Source: an uncultured Pseudomonadota bacterium
Lineage (GTDB): Bacteria; Myxococcota_A; UBA796; SXON01
Assembly: GCA_903900265.1 (NCBI GenBank)
Contig: CAIUMM010000121.1
Location: 35,269 to 99,268, forward strand
Direction: 5' to 3'
Length of the DNA stretch: 64,000 bases
Shown piece by piece: positions 1-9,622 of this stretch; position 1 is the first letter of the stretch, and every line of letters starts with the position of its first letter. The notes below the pieces were generated by a model. It was not told the origin of the DNA. It searched no databases and saw only the letters and a program-made list of their open reading frames with translations. Position numbers and translations under genes: made by a program.

Positions 1-747
1 CGCGTCGCAGGCCCGGTAATCGCCGATCCGCGTCCGGCGCAGCGCGAGCAGTAAGCCGCCGCATCCGAGGCGCTCGCCCAAGCTGTGCGCCAGCGCGCGC
101 ACAAAGGTGCCGCTGCTGACCGTCAGCGTGGCGCGCACCACGAACAACGCGGGATCCTCCGCGGCCCGAGCGAGCCAGTCCGCGCGGGCTTGATCCTGCC
201 GAAACTGTCCCTGCACGCGATCGATGCGCGCCAGCACGTCATCGAGCAGCGCATCGGCCCGAACCGGCGCGCCGCTGACCTGACCCACCGCGGTCACCTG
301 CATCCGGCGCACCGGGAGCACGATCTCGTGCAAGCGCCCCTCGTGCGCCCAGGCGTGCAGCGGGCGTCTCTGGACCTTGTAGGCGGACCAAGCTGGCAAC
401 GGCAAGTCGTGGGCGCCGGTCAGCCCGGCCACCGCCGCGACGCACGCGCTCGGATCCGGAGCCACAGGCGCGACCGGCGCGACCGGCGCGAGCCGGCCGA
501 GGGCGTCGAAGGTGTCGCTGCAGACCCCGAAAAGAAAGGTGGCGTCGTAGTCCTTGTCGTGACCGAGGTGGGCGGGCAACGCGTAGCGGTCGTCCCCGGT
601 CAACACCAGCAGCAGCCCTTCGGCCATCGGATCCAGCCGCCCGGCGTAGACCATCGGCTCCCCGGTCAGCGCCGGCGTCCGCGCGCGCAGCGCCTCCATC
701 GCCTCGAGCGGCGTCCACCCCGGCGGTTTGTGCAACGTGAGGATCAT
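1..747 (-). CDS. truB: tRNA pseudouridine synthase, TruB family (3' end runs off the window start)
   Basis: Own minus-strand translation from ATG at 747: MILTLHKPPGWTPLEAMEALRARTPALTGEPMVYAGRLDPMAEGLLLVLTGDDRY...KDYDATFLFGVCSDTFDALG. This fits the TruB motifs (GxLDPxAxGLL with catalytic Asp; K.Y......G..TdT.D..G). The frame stays open to base 1, so it is missing from the supplied ORF track. Confidence 0.65.
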   Translation of the reverse strand, partial: MILTLHKPPGWTPLEAMEALRARTPALTGEPMVYAGRLDPMAEGLLLVLTGDDRYALPAHLGHDKDYDATFLFGVCSDTFDALGRLAPVAPVAPVAPDPSACVAAVAGLTGAHDLPLPAWSAYKVQRRPLHAWAHEGRLHEIVLPVRRMQVTAVGQVSGAPVRADALLDDVLARIDRVQGQFRQDQARADWLARAAEDPALFVVRATLTVSSGTFVRALAHSLGERLGCGGLLLALRRTRIGDYRACDA

Positions 748-870
748 CGACCGCGCCCTATCGCTGCTGCTCCTCAGAACAACGTGGCGCATACAGAATC
801 GCCAGTACGAGGCCGCCCCGAATTGACCGCGCGCCCGCTTTGGGACACGATGCAGAGTGAGGTCGTCCCC

Positions 871-2274
871 ATGCGCGTCATGCTCATCCGTCCCCCCGCC
901 AAGCACACCGTCGAGAGCGAGGTGCCCGAGGCTGTGTCTGCCGAGAACCTGAGCTACCCCCCGCTCGCGCTGATGGCGATCGCGCAGTTCCTCAAGTCCG
1001 AGTCGAAGCACGAGGTCACCCTGCTCGACGCGCAGCTCGATGACCTCGACTACGACGAGCTCGAGCGCCGCGTTCGCGCTTTTGCGCCCGACGTGGTCGG
1101 CGTCACCGCGTTCACCGTGCAGCTCGTGGACGTGCTGAAGACGGTGCAGACCGCAAAAAAGGCCGGCGCCAAGTACGCGGTCGTCGGTGGTCCGCACGTC
1201 TCGGACTTCCCGCGGGAGTGCGTGGCGCTGCCAGGCGTCGACGCGGTCGTGAAGGGCGAAGGCCAGAAGCCGATGTTGGACCTCTGCGATGCGTGGGAGC
1301 GGGGGGAGGTCCCGAAGGGCATCCCCGGCACGATGTGCCACCCCGACGATCCGGTGCCCGAGCAAGACGTCTACTTCTCGAACAACCTCGATGACTACCC
1401 GATCATCGACCGCACCATGGTCGACTACAAGCGCTACTACGACGTCATGGGGCAAGGCGGCATCTTCACGACGCTGATCTCCTCGCGCGGCTGCCCGTAC
1501 CGCTGCACCTTCTGCAATACCCCGCGCCACCGCTACCGCGTGATGAGCCCGGCGCGCGTCTGCGAAGAGATCAAAGCCTGCTTGGACCTGGGCATCAAAG
1601 AATTCTACTTCGTCGACGACACCTTCAACATCACCAACCAGCGGGTGATCGACCTCTGCGACGCGATCATCGAGCGCGGCCTCAAGCTCCAGTGGACGGT
1701 GCGCTTCCGCGTGAAGGGCATGAACCGCGAGCTGCTCACCAAGATGAAGGCGGCTGGCTGCCACCGCATCCAATTTGGCGTCGAGCAAGGCACCGAAGAA
1801 GGCCTGCTGCGCTTGAAGAAAGACGTCACGGTGCGCGAGATCGAGAACGCCTTCAAGCTCTGCCGCGAGATCGGCATTCACACGGTCGCGTACTTCATGA
1901 TCGGCACGCCGACCGAGCGCTCGCGCGACGACGTGATGGACACCATCGCGTACTCGATCGCGCTGGACCCGGACTTTGTGATGTTCAACGTGCTCACGCC
2001 TTTCCCCGGCACCACGCTGTACGACGAAGGCGAGCGGGACGGCGTGCTCGATCTGGGCGCGTGGATGGACTTCATGCGCAACCCGCGCGAGGACTTCAAG
2101 GCCCAGGTGTGGGACGAGTACTTCACCCGCGCCGAGCTGCGCGAGATGCTCAACCACGCGTATCGGCGGTTCTACTGGCGCCCGAAGTTCGTCGCGCGCA
2201 ACCTCGCCCAGATCCGCTCGCCGCAAGACTTCATGCGCAAAGCGACCGCCGGCGTCCGGATGTTGACCGGCTGA
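871..2274 (+). CDS. B12-binding-domain radical SAM enzyme
   Basis: MRVMLIRPP... N-terminus typical of the B12-binding domain, and a CxxxCxxC cluster motif SRGCPYRCTFCNTP. The track ORF (85..2274) is over-extended because its first ~260 codons are antisense to truB. ATG 850 is an alternative start. Confidence 0.85.
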   Translation: MRVMLIRPPAKHTVESEVPEAVSAENLSYPPLALMAIAQFLKSESKHEVTLLDAQLDDLDYDELERRVRAFAPDVVGVTAFTVQLVDVLKTVQTAKKAGAKYAVVGGPHVSDFPRECVALPGVDAVVKGEGQKPMLDLCDAWERGEVPKGIPGTMCHPDDPVPEQDVYFSNNLDDYPIIDRTMVDYKRYYDVMGQGGIFTTLISSRGCPYRCTFCNTPRHRYRVMSPARVCEEIKACLDLGIKEFYFVDDTFNITNQRVIDLCDAIIERGLKLQWTVRFRVKGMNRELLTKMKAAGCHRIQFGVEQGTEEGLLRLKKDVTVREIENAFKLCREIGIHTVAYFMIGTPTERSRDDVMDTIAYSIALDPDFVMFNVLTPFPGTTLYDEGERDGVLDLGAWMDFMRNPREDFKAQVWDEYFTRAELREMLNHAYRRFYWRPKFVARNLAQIRSPQDFMRKATAGVRMLTG

Positions 2275-2338
2275 GGTGAGATAGACTCCCGACCATGCCC
2301 CCCAAGCTGCGCCCTTGTAAAGCCCGCTCCGGTGCCCG

Positions 2339-3124
2339 ATGACGCCGGATCGGACCCCGGTCAAGGTCGTCGTGCTCGCCGGGGGGCTGGGCACCCGCTT
2401 GTCGGAAGAGACCGACGCGCGCCCAAAACCGATGGTCGAGATCGGCGGAAAGCCGATCCTGTGGCACATCATGAGTCACTACGCGGCGGCGGGCTTCGGC
2501 GAGTTTGTGCTGGCGCTTGGGTATAAGCAGGAGACCATCAAAGACTGGTTCCTCAACTTCTACGCCAGAAACAACGAGCTTTCCATAGACCTGGGCACAG
2601 GTCAAGTCGAGGTACAACAGGTACAAGCGCCGCAGTGGAAGGTGCACCTCATCGACACCGGGCTGCACACCCACACCGGCGGGCGCTTGCGCCGCCTGAA
2701 GAGCCGCTTGGACTCGACGTTCATGATGACCTACGGTGACGGGGTCGGGAACATCGACGTCAACGCGCTGCTCGCGTTTCACCGCGCCCACGGAAAGTTG
2801 GTGACGGTCACCGCCGTTCGCCCCCCGGCGCGCTTTGGCGGCTTGGAGCTGAACGGCGACCAGGTCACGAACTTCGTCGAGAAGCCTCAGACCGGCGAAG
2901 GATGGATCAACGGTGGCTTTTTTGTCATTGAGCCGGCGGCGCTCGCGTATGTGCGCGAGGACTCGACGCCCTGGGAGCAGGAGCCGATGGAGCGCCTCGC
3001 TGCCGATGGTCAACTAATGGCGTTTCGCCATGAAGGATTCTGGATGCCGATGGACACCCTGCGAGACAAGCGACAGCTGGAGAGCCTGTGGCAATCGGGA
3101 GAGGCGCCGTGGAAAACGTGGTAA
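2339..3124 (+). CDS. rfbF: glucose-1-phosphate cytidylyltransferase
   Basis: KVVVLAGGLGTRLSEETDARPKPMVEIGGKPILWHIMSHYAAAGFGEFVLALGYKQETIKDWFLNFY is the classic RfbF/DdhA N-terminus. The ~260 aa length fits. Confidence 0.9.
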   Translation: MTPDRTPVKVVVLAGGLGTRLSEETDARPKPMVEIGGKPILWHIMSHYAAAGFGEFVLALGYKQETIKDWFLNFYARNNELSIDLGTGQVEVQQVQAPQWKVHLIDTGLHTHTGGRLRRLKSRLDSTFMMTYGDGVGNIDVNALLAFHRAHGKLVTVTAVRPPARFGGLELNGDQVTNFVEKPQTGEGWINGGFFVIEPAALAYVREDSTPWEQEPMERLAADGQLMAFRHEGFWMPMDTLRDKRQLESLWQSGEAPWKTW

Positions 3125-4164
3125 ATCCAGCAGTAAAACCTGCAAACCCCGCGCAGCGGTCTTGGCAGGATCGAACGGCGTTTGTCACCGGCGCCACCGG
3201 CCTCGTGGGGTCGTGGTTGGTGCCGGCGCTGCTCGAGCGTGGCGCGCGCGTCGTCGTGCTGGTGCGCGACCACGATCCGCACAGCCACTTGATCCGCAGC
3301 GGCACCATCGCCCGCACCACCGTCGTCAACGGCAAGCTCGAGGACCTCGCCGATCTGGAGCGCGCCATCGCCGGTCACGGCGTCGACACCGTGTTCCACC
3401 TCGGCGCGCAGACCCTCGTCGGGCCGGCGCTGCGCGATCCATTGGGCACGATGGAGTCGAACGTGCGCGGAACGTGGAACTTGCTCGAGGCGTGCAGGAG
3501 GCAAGCCTCTCAGGTGCAGGCCGTGGTGATCGCGTCCAGCGACAAAGCCTACGGCGACGTCCCCACCTTGCCGTACACCGAAGACACGCCGCTGCGCGGA
3601 CAGCACCCCTACGACGTCTCCAAGTCCTGCACCGATCTGATCGCCCAAGCGTGGCACCACAGCTACGGCACCCCGGTGGTGATCGCGCGCTGCGGCAACA
3701 TCTACGGCGGCGGCGACCTCAACTGGAGCCGCATCATCCCCGGCACCATCCGCAGCCTGCACCGCGGCGAGCGCCCCGGCCTGCGCAGCGACGGCACCTT
3801 CCTGCGCGACTATGTGTACGTCGAAGACGCCGTCTCCGCCTACATCGCGATGGCCGACGCGCTGGACGGCGGGTCTGCACAAGCCGGGCAGCCCGCACCG
3901 GCTTCGGTCGCGGGTCAAGCCTTCAACTTCGGCCCCGGCGCCCCGCTGTCGGTGCTCGACGTCGTGGCGGCGATCACCCGGCTGATGGGACGAGAGGACC
4001 TGCAGCCCATCGTCCGCAACGAAGCCCGCGCCGAGATCCACGATCAGTACCTCGACTCCACGCTCGCGACCGCGCGGCTGGGATGGAAGCCCGCGTGGGA
4101 TCTGGACGCTGGACTCGCGCCGACGATCGCGTGGTACCGCGAATATTGGGGCGCGCGTGGCTGA
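3109..4164 (+). CDS. rfbG: CDP-glucose 4,6-dehydratase-like NAD-dependent dehydratase
   Basis: Rossmann motif [21 protein letters not shown], an SDR-type YDVSK catalytic motif, and position between rfbF and rfbH. The start is uncertain: GTG at 3088, 3109 or 3118. GTG 3109 follows GGGAGAGG. Confidence 0.75.
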   Translation: MENVVNPAVKPANPAQRSWQDRTAFVTGATGLVGSWLVPALLERGARVVVLVRDHDPHSHLIRSGTIARTTVVNGKLEDLADLERAIAGHGVDTVFHLGAQTLVGPALRDPLGTMESNVRGTWNLLEACRRQASQVQAVVIASSDKAYGDVPTLPYTEDTPLRGQHPYDVSKSCTDLIAQAWHHSYGTPVVIARCGNIYGGGDLNWSRIIPGTIRSLHRGERPGLRSDGTFLRDYVYVEDAVSAYIAMADALDGGSAQAGQPAPASVAGQAFNFGPGAPLSVLDVVAAITRLMGREDLQPIVRNEARAEIHDQYLDSTLATARLGWKPAWDLDAGLAPTIAWYREYWGARG

Positions 4165-5539
4165 TCAGCCCGACGCACCCGGAGGCCCGCAACGCAGCGC
4201 CGCCGAACTACGCGCGCAGATCCTCGATCTGACGCGCGAATACCACGCCGCAAAGTGGCCCGATCGCGGGTTTGAGCCCGGCCGCACGCCGATCCCGCCC
4301 TCGGGCAAGGTGATCGGCCCCGAAGACCTCGCGCACCTCGTGGATGCCTCGCTGGACGGCTGGTTGACCACAGGCCGCTACGCACGGCAATTCGAGAAGG
4401 AATTCGCCGCGTTTTTTGCAACTACTGAACCGAGCCAAAAGCGCACCGCCTTGCTGGTCAACTCGGGCTCCAGCGCGAACCTGCTCGCGATCAGCACGCT
4501 GACCTCGCCGGCGCTGGGCGAGCGGCGCTTGAAGCCCGGCGACGAAGTGCTGACCGTCGCCGCCGGGTTCCCGACCACCGTGAACCCGATCCTCCAGAAC
4601 CAGCTGGTACCGGTGTTCTTGGACTCTGAGATGGGCACCTACAACGTGCGCCCGGAGCTGCTCGAAGGCGCGGTCGGGCCCCGCACACGCGCCATCATGC
4701 TCGCGCACACGCTGGGCAACCCCTTCGACGTCGACGCGGTGATGGCGGTCGCTGAGAAGCACAAGCTGTGGGTGATCGAAGACTGCTGCGACGCGCTGGG
4801 ATCGACCTGGAACGGGCACAAGCACGGCAAGGTCGGCACCTTCGGGCACCTCGCCACCGCCAGCTTCTACCCGGCGCACCACATCACCATGGGCGAAGGC
4901 GGCGCGCTGATCATCAACGATCCCGAGCTCGCGACCATCGCCGAGTCCTTCCGGGACTGGGGCCGCGACTGCTGGTGTGAGCCCGGCCGCGACAACACCT
5001 GCGGCAAGCGCTTTGGCTGGCAGTTGGGCGACCTCCCCTGTGGATACGACCACAAATACACCTACAGCCACATCGGCTACAACCTGAAAGCGACCGACAT
5101 GCAGGCCGCCCTCGGCGTCGCCCAGCTCGCCAAGCTCCCCAGGTTCATCGAGGCCCGGCGCCGCAACTACACGCTGCTCCGCGAGCGCCTCGCCGCATGC
5201 GCCGACGTGCTGGTGCTCCCCGAAGCGAGGCCCGAAGCGGATCCCAGCTGGTTTGGCTTCCCCATCGCCGTCCGTCCCGGCGCGCCGTTCACCCGCGATG
5301 ACCTCACCCACCATCTCGAGGCCCATCGCATCGGCACGCGCTTGCTGTTCGGCGGCAACCTGCTGCGGCAGCCGGCCTACGCGGACATCCCCCATCGCGT
5401 GTACGGCACGCTCGACACCGCCGACGCGATCATGAGCGACGTCTTCTGGATCGGCGTCTGGCCCGGGATCACCGACGCGATGCGTGACGCGATGGCCGAT
5501 CTCATCTGCACGTTCTGCGCACAACGGAGGGCCCCATGA
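4157..5539 (+). CDS. rfbH: CDP-6-deoxy-L-threo-D-glycero-4-hexulose-3-dehydrase (E1), DegT/RfbH family
   Basis: Long colinear matches to remembered RfbH: [138 protein letters not shown]. Its GTG start overlaps the rfbG stop. Confidence 0.9.
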   Translation: MADQPDAPGGPQRSAAELRAQILDLTREYHAAKWPDRGFEPGRTPIPPSGKVIGPEDLAHLVDASLDGWLTTGRYARQFEKEFAAFFATTEPSQKRTALLVNSGSSANLLAISTLTSPALGERRLKPGDEVLTVAAGFPTTVNPILQNQLVPVFLDSEMGTYNVRPELLEGAVGPRTRAIMLAHTLGNPFDVDAVMAVAEKHKLWVIEDCCDALGSTWNGHKHGKVGTFGHLATASFYPAHHITMGEGGALIINDPELATIAESFRDWGRDCWCEPGRDNTCGKRFGWQLGDLPCGYDHKYTYSHIGYNLKATDMQAALGVAQLAKLPRFIEARRRNYTLLRERLAACADVLVLPEARPEADPSWFGFPIAVRPGAPFTRDDLTHHLEAHRIGTRLLFGGNLLRQPAYADIPHRVYGTLDTADAIMSDVFWIGVWPGITDAMRDAMADLICTFCAQRRAP

Positions 5540-6273
5540 AAAGCTTGATCCTCACAGTGCTCCTCGCAGGGCTCCTGACCCTCGCGGCCTGCGGAGGCGC
5601 GACCGACACCGCCGCCGAGGGGTGTGGCCCCGACGCGCTGTCTACGTGCAGCGCGCCCGCCCAACCCGCCGAGCACTACGCCGATCAAGGCATGAAGTAC
5701 TTTGACTCGCTCGACGAGAGCGCCGATCCGGAGAGCAAGCCCGACTACGCCGAAGGCGTCGCGCGGTGGGAGTGGCCGCCGTGGCTGTTGCTGACCGGCT
5801 ACGGCGCCGACCTGATCGCCGCCATCGACGTCGCGGTGCTCGCGGCGCAGCCCGGGACCACCGTGCCGACCCGAGACTGCCGCGGCTTTGACGTGCAGCC
5901 GTTTGGACGCTGCAAGGTGGTGTTCGACTTCGAAGGCAAGCCCTGCCCGATCTTCGAGGAGTTCACCTTCAACGACGAAGGCCTGATCACCTTCGTCGAG
6001 GCGTGGTCGGACCTTCCCGGCTTGGGCCCCACCGCCGATGCCGACGACACCTGGGCCGAAGGCGAAGGCGTGCATCGCTTGTCGACGCGCATCCCCGGTT
6101 TGGGCAGCCCTACCGGGGCCATTGACCCCACCGGCGAGGCGATGACCGCAGCCGGCGCCAGCGACCCGGAGGTCGCTGATTTTGCAGCCCGCACGCAGGA
6201 CTTCTGGGGATACTGGTCCGAGACCTACGCCGCAGCCGGCGACGACCTCTACACCAGAGGTTGCGGCTGGTAG
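5536..6273 (+). CDS. hypothetical lipoprotein
   Basis: Signal peptide plus lipobox [21 protein letters not shown]. An ATGA overlap with the rfbH stop implies co-translation. Confidence 0.7.
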   Translation: MKSLILTVLLAGLLTLAACGGATDTAAEGCGPDALSTCSAPAQPAEHYADQGMKYFDSLDESADPESKPDYAEGVARWEWPPWLLLTGYGADLIAAIDVAVLAAQPGTTVPTRDCRGFDVQPFGRCKVVFDFEGKPCPIFEEFTFNDEGLITFVEAWSDLPGLGPTADADDTWAEGEGVHRLSTRIPGLGSPTGAIDPTGEAMTAAGASDPEVADFAARTQDFWGYWSETYAAAGDDLYTRGCGW

Positions 6274-6347
6274 CCGAACCGTCTCAAAGCAGCGCTACGC
6301 CGCTGCGCGCGCCTCATTAGACTCTCCGTCCGCCGGGATTGGAAGCC

Positions 6348-7127
6348 ATGAAGGTCACTACGCTCAACGCCAACGGACTCCGCTCCGCCGAACGCCGCGG
6401 GTTCTCGAGCTGGCTGCAAAAGTCATCCCCCGACGTGCTTTGTTTGCAGGAGATCCGCTGCGACGAAGACAGCCTCGGGCCCGAGCTGTGGTCGCCCGCG
6501 GGATGGAAGGCGGGATGGAACCCCGCCGCGCAGAAGGGCTACGCGGGCACGGCGGTCTGGGGCAAGGCCGAGATCGCGCAGAACTCCAGCTTCTCCAAGG
6601 GGATCGGCCTGGAGCGCGCCGACGCCGAAGGCCGGGCGACCGGGCTTCACCTGCCCGATCTCGACATCTGGAGCCTCTACCTGCCTTCCGGCTCCTCCGG
6701 CCCCGACCGTCAAGAATGGAAGTTCGCCTTTCTGGACTATGTTTTTCCGTGGTTTGAGCAGCTCGCGCGCTCGGGCCGGCCCACGCTGGTGTGCGGCGAT
6801 CTCAACATCGCGCACCAGCCGATCGACCTAAAAAACTGGAAGGGAAACCAGAAGAACAGCGGCTTCTTGCCCGAGGAGCGCGAGTGGTTCACGCGGCTGT
6901 TGGCGTCGGGGTGGCGGGACAGCTTTCGGCACCTGAACCCCGACGCGCCGCACTACTCGTGGTGGTCCAACCGCGGAAGAGCGCGTGAAAACGACGTCGG
7001 GTGGCGCATCGACTACGTGCTGGCCACCCCGAACGTGCCGATCACCGCGGCGTGGATCGAGCGCGAGGCGGGCCTGTCCGACCACGCGCCGGTCTCCGTG
7101 GAGATCGACCTCGGAGCGTTGCGATGA
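6348..7127 (+). CDS. xthA: exodeoxyribonuclease III (AP endonuclease)
   Basis: MKVTTLNANGLRSA....F..WL....PDVLCLQEIR, NIAHQPIDLKN, C-terminal SDHAPVSVEI. The track start at 6339 is TTG; ATG 6348 is preferred. Confidence 0.9.
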   Translation: MKVTTLNANGLRSAERRGFSSWLQKSSPDVLCLQEIRCDEDSLGPELWSPAGWKAGWNPAAQKGYAGTAVWGKAEIAQNSSFSKGIGLERADAEGRATGLHLPDLDIWSLYLPSGSSGPDRQEWKFAFLDYVFPWFEQLARSGRPTLVCGDLNIAHQPIDLKNWKGNQKNSGFLPEEREWFTRLLASGWRDSFRHLNPDAPHYSWWSNRGRARENDVGWRIDYVLATPNVPITAAWIEREAGLSDHAPVSVEIDLGALR

Positions 7128-9622
7128 GCAAACGCATCGCCGTCGCTGGCGGAGGGGTCGCCGGGCTGTCCGCGGTCCTGCATCTGCTCGAGATCGAGCA
7201 GCAGGTCGCGGCCGAGCCGGGCACGCCCGAGCCGCTGGAGATCGTCTACGTCGCGCCGTTGGTGCCGCACGCAGGCAGCGAAGGCAGCGGCCTCGGCGGC
7301 AAGGCGATGAGCCGCAGTTTTGTAGGACGCTACGACACCGCGCACGGCGGCATGGACCGCCATCCGTTCTACGGCCCAGCGATGCCCGAGCGGGGCACCG
7401 TCCCGCACGGCTACCACGTGCTCTGGGGCTACCCCAACGTGCGGCGCATGCTGATGCGCGCCGGCGAAGGCCCCGACATCTCCGGGATGCTGCGCCCGCC
7501 CGGCGGGTCCCCGGTGATCGCAAGCTTTCAAGCACTGTTGGATGACCCAACCCCCGGCGGGCCCGGCATCGGACTGATGGGCTTGTGCGACCCGGAACAC
7601 CCGGAGACCGCCACCCGCGAGGTCTCGAAGGCGCTGTTCCGGCTGCGCGAGACGGCGCTGTTCCGGCCGGCGATGCGGTTGTTTGAGCTGCTGTTCGGCG
7701 CGCTGACCGACCAAGCGACGCCCTTGGTGTTCGCCGATCTGCTGTTCGCCAAGGAGATCGACCTCGAGATGCGCATCACGCTCATCGCCGCGGCGATTGA
7801 AGCGCGAACCTTGAACCCCGAGACGGCGACCATGCCGGTGAACGGCGTCGAGACGCCGCTCTGGAAGGTGGAGTACGACGTCTGGGCCGAGCACCTGATG
7901 GTGAGCCACTCCACCGCGCTGCTGACGAAGCTGTCCGCGACGCCGGACGTAACGACCGCGGTGTTCGCCAACCCCGCGGCGCCGCTCGTGGACGGCTTCC
8001 TCGACCTGCTCAAGAACGCCGCCACCGGAGCGAGCGCCATCGCCGCGCTGTTGGGCGTGCTCGCCGACGCCGGAGACCAACCGCCGACGCCCTCCGACGG
8101 GATGCTCGGGGACTGGGGCACCGTCTCCAGCGCGGTGCACGACCTGCTCGCCGACCTGCCCGGCGCGCTCCACAACCTCGCAACCCGACAATACCCGGTA
8201 TGGCGCACCCTGCACTTTCGCTTCGCGCCCGACGCCACCTTCGCGTCGCCGTACAGCTTCGACGCCGCGCAGGCGGTGCGATCGCTGGCGTTCTGCTTTC
8301 AGGACGCCGCATCCTCGCGGATGTGGTCGGCGGACGGCGCGCGCATCCAGAGCCTGTGGCTGCGCCTTTGGGAGAACATTCAAGACCTCGCGTCGCGCAC
8401 CCCGCATGTCACGCTCGTCGTGCGCGAGGGACGGATCGCGTCGGTCCAGGCCGAGCCCGACGGTCGCGTCCGGCTGCAGGCGGGCGAGACCATCGGTCAC
8501 GGCCCGCGCACCGCTGGCCATGATCTCGGCTACCCGCACCAGCCCGATCTCCGACCGCCGATCGCCCCTCAAAACGTCGTCGACTTCGGTGTGTTCGACG
8601 TTTTCATCCCCTGCATGCCGCCCGCGCTGCTCGCAGACCTGCTGCGCGCGGCGCCCTACGCCGCCGCCCGCGCCCAGCTCGCGCCGCTCGAGAGCCTCGC
8701 CACCGTCTCCACCGAGCTGCTGATCTGGACCCGCGACGCGATCCAGTACGCTCCCGCCGCCGCGGAGGGCTTGAGGAGCGCCGCGATCACCGGTCTTGAA
8801 GGTCCGTTCTGCCTGCTCGCGGACTACCGCTGCGGCCTGTGGTCGCAGGCGGCGCTCGACCGCGAAGATCCGTTCGGCGACGGCCAATTCACCGGCTCCA
8901 TCCTCGAGAGCTGCGGCGGGTACCACGATCTGTACGCTGCCGCCGATCGCGCCGACGCCTATGGATGGCCCGCAGAAGCCAAGCAAGCCATCGCCGATCT
9001 GCTCGATAAACCCGCACAGTTCCAGAGCGCCGACGGCCGTCTCTGGCCCCACGAAACCTCCCCGCACTGGCACGCGCAGGTGCGGGACGGCACCTGGAGC
9101 GACGCGCGCTTGGCCGACCCGGCGGCGATCGAAGATTGGTTCGTCGCCTCCCGGTGGTTGGCGTGGGGCTTCTTGCAGCAGCTCTCCCAATGCCAAGCGC
9201 TCGGCCCGCGCGCGGTCCGGCAATTCGCCTACTACGCGGACCTGCTCGACCCGCGCAACGTGCCACGCAGCGAGCTGATCGCCCCGTCGGCCACGCTGCT
9301 GTCGGAGGTGCGCTTTGTCGTGATGCGCAACGCCAACCGCCGAAACCGCTTCTTCAACCCCGGGGTCGGCGATTGGATCCGGCGGCCGGTCTCGGGACTG
9401 CCGCTGGACAGCGCGGCGCGGATCTTCCCCGCCGGCGACTGGACCCGAAACGGCCTCGACGTGATCTGCATGGAGGGCGCGTGCTTGTCGGCGATGCGCG
9501 CCGCAAAAGCCTCGTGGAAGGTGGCGCAGCAGCGCGCGTTGCCCACCGGCGTCCCGGAGACGATCCAGGTCCTCCCCAACGCCAGCTGGTACGCCGGCGA
9601 TGATCCGATGGAGCGCGGTTGA
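7124..9622 (+). CDS. large FAD/NAD(P)-binding (Rossmann) oxidoreductase-like protein, function unknown
   Basis: N-terminal dinucleotide-binding fingerprint MSKRIAVAGGGVAGLSAVLHLLE and a desaturase/amine-oxidase-like HGYHVLWGYPN segment. The ATG overlaps the xthA stop (ATGA at 7124-7127). It is 832 aa, with no motifs I recognise in the remaining ~700 aa. Confidence 0.6.
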   Translation: MSKRIAVAGGGVAGLSAVLHLLEIEQQVAAEPGTPEPLEIVYVAPLVPHAGSEGSGLGGKAMSRSFVGRYDTAHGGMDRHPFYGPAMPERGTVPHGYHVLWGYPNVRRMLMRAGEGPDISGMLRPPGGSPVIASFQALLDDPTPGGPGIGLMGLCDPEHPETATREVSKALFRLRETALFRPAMRLFELLFGALTDQATPLVFADLLFAKEIDLEMRITLIAAAIEARTLNPETATMPVNGVETPLWKVEYDVWAEHLMVSHSTALLTKLSATPDVTTAVFANPAAPLVDGFLDLLKNAATGASAIAALLGVLADAGDQPPTPSDGMLGDWGTVSSAVHDLLADLPGALHNLATRQYPVWRTLHFRFAPDATFASPYSFDAAQAVRSLAFCFQDAASSRMWSADGARIQSLWLRLWENIQDLASRTPHVTLVVREGRIASVQAEPDGRVRLQAGETIGHGPRTAGHDLGYPHQPDLRPPIAPQNVVDFGVFDVFIPCMPPALLADLLRAAPYAAARAQLAPLESLATVSTELLIWTRDAIQYAPAAAEGLRSAAITGLEGPFCLLADYRCGLWSQAALDREDPFGDGQFTGSILESCGGYHDLYAAADRADAYGWPAEAKQAIADLLDKPAQFQSADGRLWPHETSPHWHAQVRDGTWSDARLADPAAIEDWFVASRWLAWGFLQQLSQCQALGPRAVRQFAYYADLLDPRNVPRSELIAPSATLLSEVRFVVMRNANRRNRFFNPGVGDWIRRPVSGLPLDSAARIFPAGDWTRNGLDVICMEGACLSAMRAAKASWKVAQQRALPTGVPETIQVLPNASWYAGDDPMERG

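Noticed and set aside
85-870. The N-terminal ~260 codons of the 85..2274 ORF, as part of the radical SAM protein.
   Set aside because: That stretch is Arg/Pro/Gly-rich nonsense and lies antisense to a clean TruB-family reading frame (1..747, minus). The radical SAM homology begins at MRVMLIRPP (871).
7013-9223. Very long ORFs antisense to or out of frame with confident genes. Examples: 7013..9223 (736 aa), 15729..17786 (685 aa), 22552..24900 (782 aa), 28105..29883 (592 aa), 37393..39354 (653 aa), 49027..50526 (499 aa), 51749..53815 (688 aa), 53973..56030 (685 aa).
   Set aside because: Their translations are dominated by Arg/Ala/Gly/Pro with no motifs. They span several unrelated genes on the opposite strand (gyrB, dnaN, aroC and others), which have unmistakable family signatures. 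Long stop-free antisense frames are expected at ~70% GC.
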